The notes below the pieces were generated by a model. The model worked only from the letters and a program-made list of their open reading frames with translations, made no database searches and had not been told where the DNA came from. Source: an uncultured delta proteobacterium (GTDB taxonomy: Bacteria; Desulfobacterota; Desulfobaccia; Desulfobaccales; 0-14-0-80-60-11). Taken from it: a stretch of DNA of 64,000 nt. The position numbers were made by a program, and so were the translations under genes. The DNA lies in NCBI GenBank assembly GCA_963812015.1, contig CAWETI010000003.1, positions 736,001 through 800,000 on the forward strand. The letters are read 5' to 3'. The stretch's first letter is position 1, and each line of letters opens with the position of its first letter. Of the stretch, positions 62,294 to 64,000 are shown one piece after another.

Positions 62294-62662
62294 TTACTGC
62301 TTAGTATTAATGAGTTTTTCAACGCTATGCTTAAGTCCGGCTAAGTCAGATGATTTTTCCACGAAATCATCGAAAGGCTGATCCTGAGGAGGCAGCCTCA
62401 AATATTCATATAAAGCCGTATGGCAGATCACCGGCAGGGTTGGCCATGTCTTTTTAATGAACCGGATAAAATCCATCATATTCGGCCCGGCATGGCGCAG
62501 ATTAGTAATTACTAGATCTACAGATTTAGCTGGGTCATTCAGGATCTTAAGAGCTTCCTTTCCCGATTCAGTAGTCAAGACTTCGTAGCCTGCCCCTTCA
62601 AATTCCTCTTTGAGCATTAAGAGAGTAGGATAATCTTTATCAATTACCAGAATAGTTTTCAT
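62294..62662 (-). CDS. atypical single-domain receiver
   Basis: MKTILVIDKD...DLVITNLR...KSSDL; Asn at the phospho-acceptor position. Confidence 0.75.
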   Translation of the reverse strand: MKTILVIDKDYPTLLMLKEEFEGAGYEVLTTESGKEALKILNDPAKSVDLVITNLRHAGPNMMDFIRFIKKTWPTLPVICHTALYEYLRLPPQDQPFDDFVEKSSDLAGLKHSVEKLINTKQ

Positions 62663-63092
62663 CGAGTCTTTGGCCTCTTGTTTGACCACCAGCACCGGAC
62701 AGGGAGCACTGTCGATGTGTCCAGTTCAATAATAAAAATGATTGCTTAAAATATTTTATCATTTGTCGTCTTGATCCGGAATTGAAGGGCCCAGATTCGA
62801 TCATCAACCTTTCTCTTGGGAAGCATGATAGCTCAAATTTTCCTGATACGTCAATTTTTTCAAGATTTGGGCATGCCACCCCATCGGTAAACAGACTCCT
62901 CATTAATTTCCGGCCTATGACCCCAGGCCAGCACCGCTCGGCAATGGTGAAAGAGAGGCAAGCCGAGACATCTTATACATAAGGCCTCCGGGTATCATAA
63001 GAATTCCTGCCACCCGCTTTGATTCACGGACCGGTCAGTAAGGCTGAAACAAGGTATCGCGATCTAGATTATATCTACAGTGGTCCAGCTTA

Positions 63093-64000
63093 TTAGGCAT
63101 TTACATCCTTCCACCGCTTAGCAAAGTGGATGAAGGCATACATGGCAATGGCGGCTATAATGCCGGCGATGGCAAAAGGCGTCCAGACCCAACTGGGATC
63201 GTACTTGTCCCACAGGAGCCGGGTTACCTGGGCAGGAGTCTGCCCTAGCATCTCCGTTAACGTGGCGAATGCTTGGGAACGGTCCGGCAGTTCATGCATC
63301 TTGAGCACTTCGGACATGTAGCGCAGGGCCAAACCCGCCTTTTCTCCGGTGCGTTCATAGATCTGTCCTGCCAGGAAAGAGCCGTAGCCCCAGCCTAAGG
63401 CATAGGGGATACTGGCATAGCCCATGTACAGCGCCTTCTTGTCGGAAGGCGCAATCACGGCAAGGTACTCTCTCATTTTGGGGGAGCACAGCATCTCCCC
63501 CGCCGTGAAGCAGGCGATGCCGGCCAGGCAGGTGAAAATGGACATGCTCGAACCGACCACATATATCCCCAGACTAACCAGGATAAAGCCAAAAAAGATG
63601 GAGGTGAGCCGGCGCATCACCCGGTTGGCATACCAGGAGAGCGGAACGACGACGAGGATGATCAGAAAAGGGTTGAGATTGATCACCCACTCCTGGGCGA
63701 TCTGGGCGCCCCTGGAGAGATTCCGGGAGAGCATGAACTCCGGCAGGTGCCGGGCGAGGGGGTAACTGTCCACCCAGTCCACGATGAAATTGGGCAGCGT
63801 GTCCCAGAGCTGCTCGAGCACCGCCCAGAACACCGAAATAATGACAATAAAGGCGAGAAGCCGAGGGTTGAGGATTTCCCGGGCCGTGTTGACCACCACC
63901 TGCCAGACCCCGGTGGCGCTATCGGATCCAGGATTAACTTCCCGGTAAGTGAAAAGCCACAACAGGTTCAGGTTGACCAGGAGGGCACAGCCGTAAAAAA
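63093..64000 (-). CDS. MFS (POT-like) transporter, C-terminal part
   Basis: Multiple TMs, FTAGEMLCSPK..EYL..IAP..KKALYMGY; start lies outside the window. Confidence 0.8.
   Translation of the reverse strand, partial: FYGCALLVNLNLLWLFTYREVNPGSDSATGVWQVVVNTAREILNPRLLAFIVIISVFWAVLEQLWDTLPNFIVDWVDSYPLARHLPEFMLSRNLSRGAQIAQEWVINLNPFLIILVVVPLSWYANRVMRRLTSIFFGFILVSLGIYVVGSSMSIFTCLAGIACFTAGEMLCSPKMREYLAVIAPSDKKALYMGYASIPYALGWGYGSFLAGQIYERTGEKAGLALRYMSEVLKMHELPDRSQAFATLTEMLGQTPAQVTRLLWDKYDPSWVWTPFAIAGIIAAIAMYAFIHFAKRWKDVNA

Overview
High-GC bacterial chromosomal window. Gene content (sigma54 systems, TauE/USP/Lon/PEP-utilising cluster, LptD, selenoproteins) suggests an anaerobic Desulfobacterota/deltaproteobacterium; this is inference. 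1-1630 is the start of a kdp K+-uptake operon. About 1845-30875 is a decayed genomic island at the 3' end of tRNA-Arg(CCT). It has an intact excisionase but no intact integrase. Its cargo is cut into modules by at least 10 same-orientation copies of a ~105-bp tripartite site: CTGCTA-N10-HTTATC, a central GATATG-N5-CATATCT-like palindrome, and GATAA-N9/10-TGGCAAG, at near-constant spacing. The arms are reassorted at the core, suggesting an integron-like gene-capture array that does not use attC. An RmInt1-like group II intron sits exactly in one core, and its EBS1/EBS2 match that core. Cargo includes a large oxidative/light-stress module (katG, katA remnant, photolyase, rubredoxins, Sec-thioredoxin, Sec-rhodanese). 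Five in-frame UGA + SECIS-like ORFs were found that the ORF track missed or truncated, including a 24-aa membrane micro-peptide ending GGCUGK. 31-58 kb is mostly core genome: lptD, ugd, hldE, meaB, and a TauE/USP/receiver-Lon/two-component/PEP-utilising cluster. A further copy of the site at ~58.85 kb precedes more cargo-like genes. All of this was read by eye; no database searches were run.
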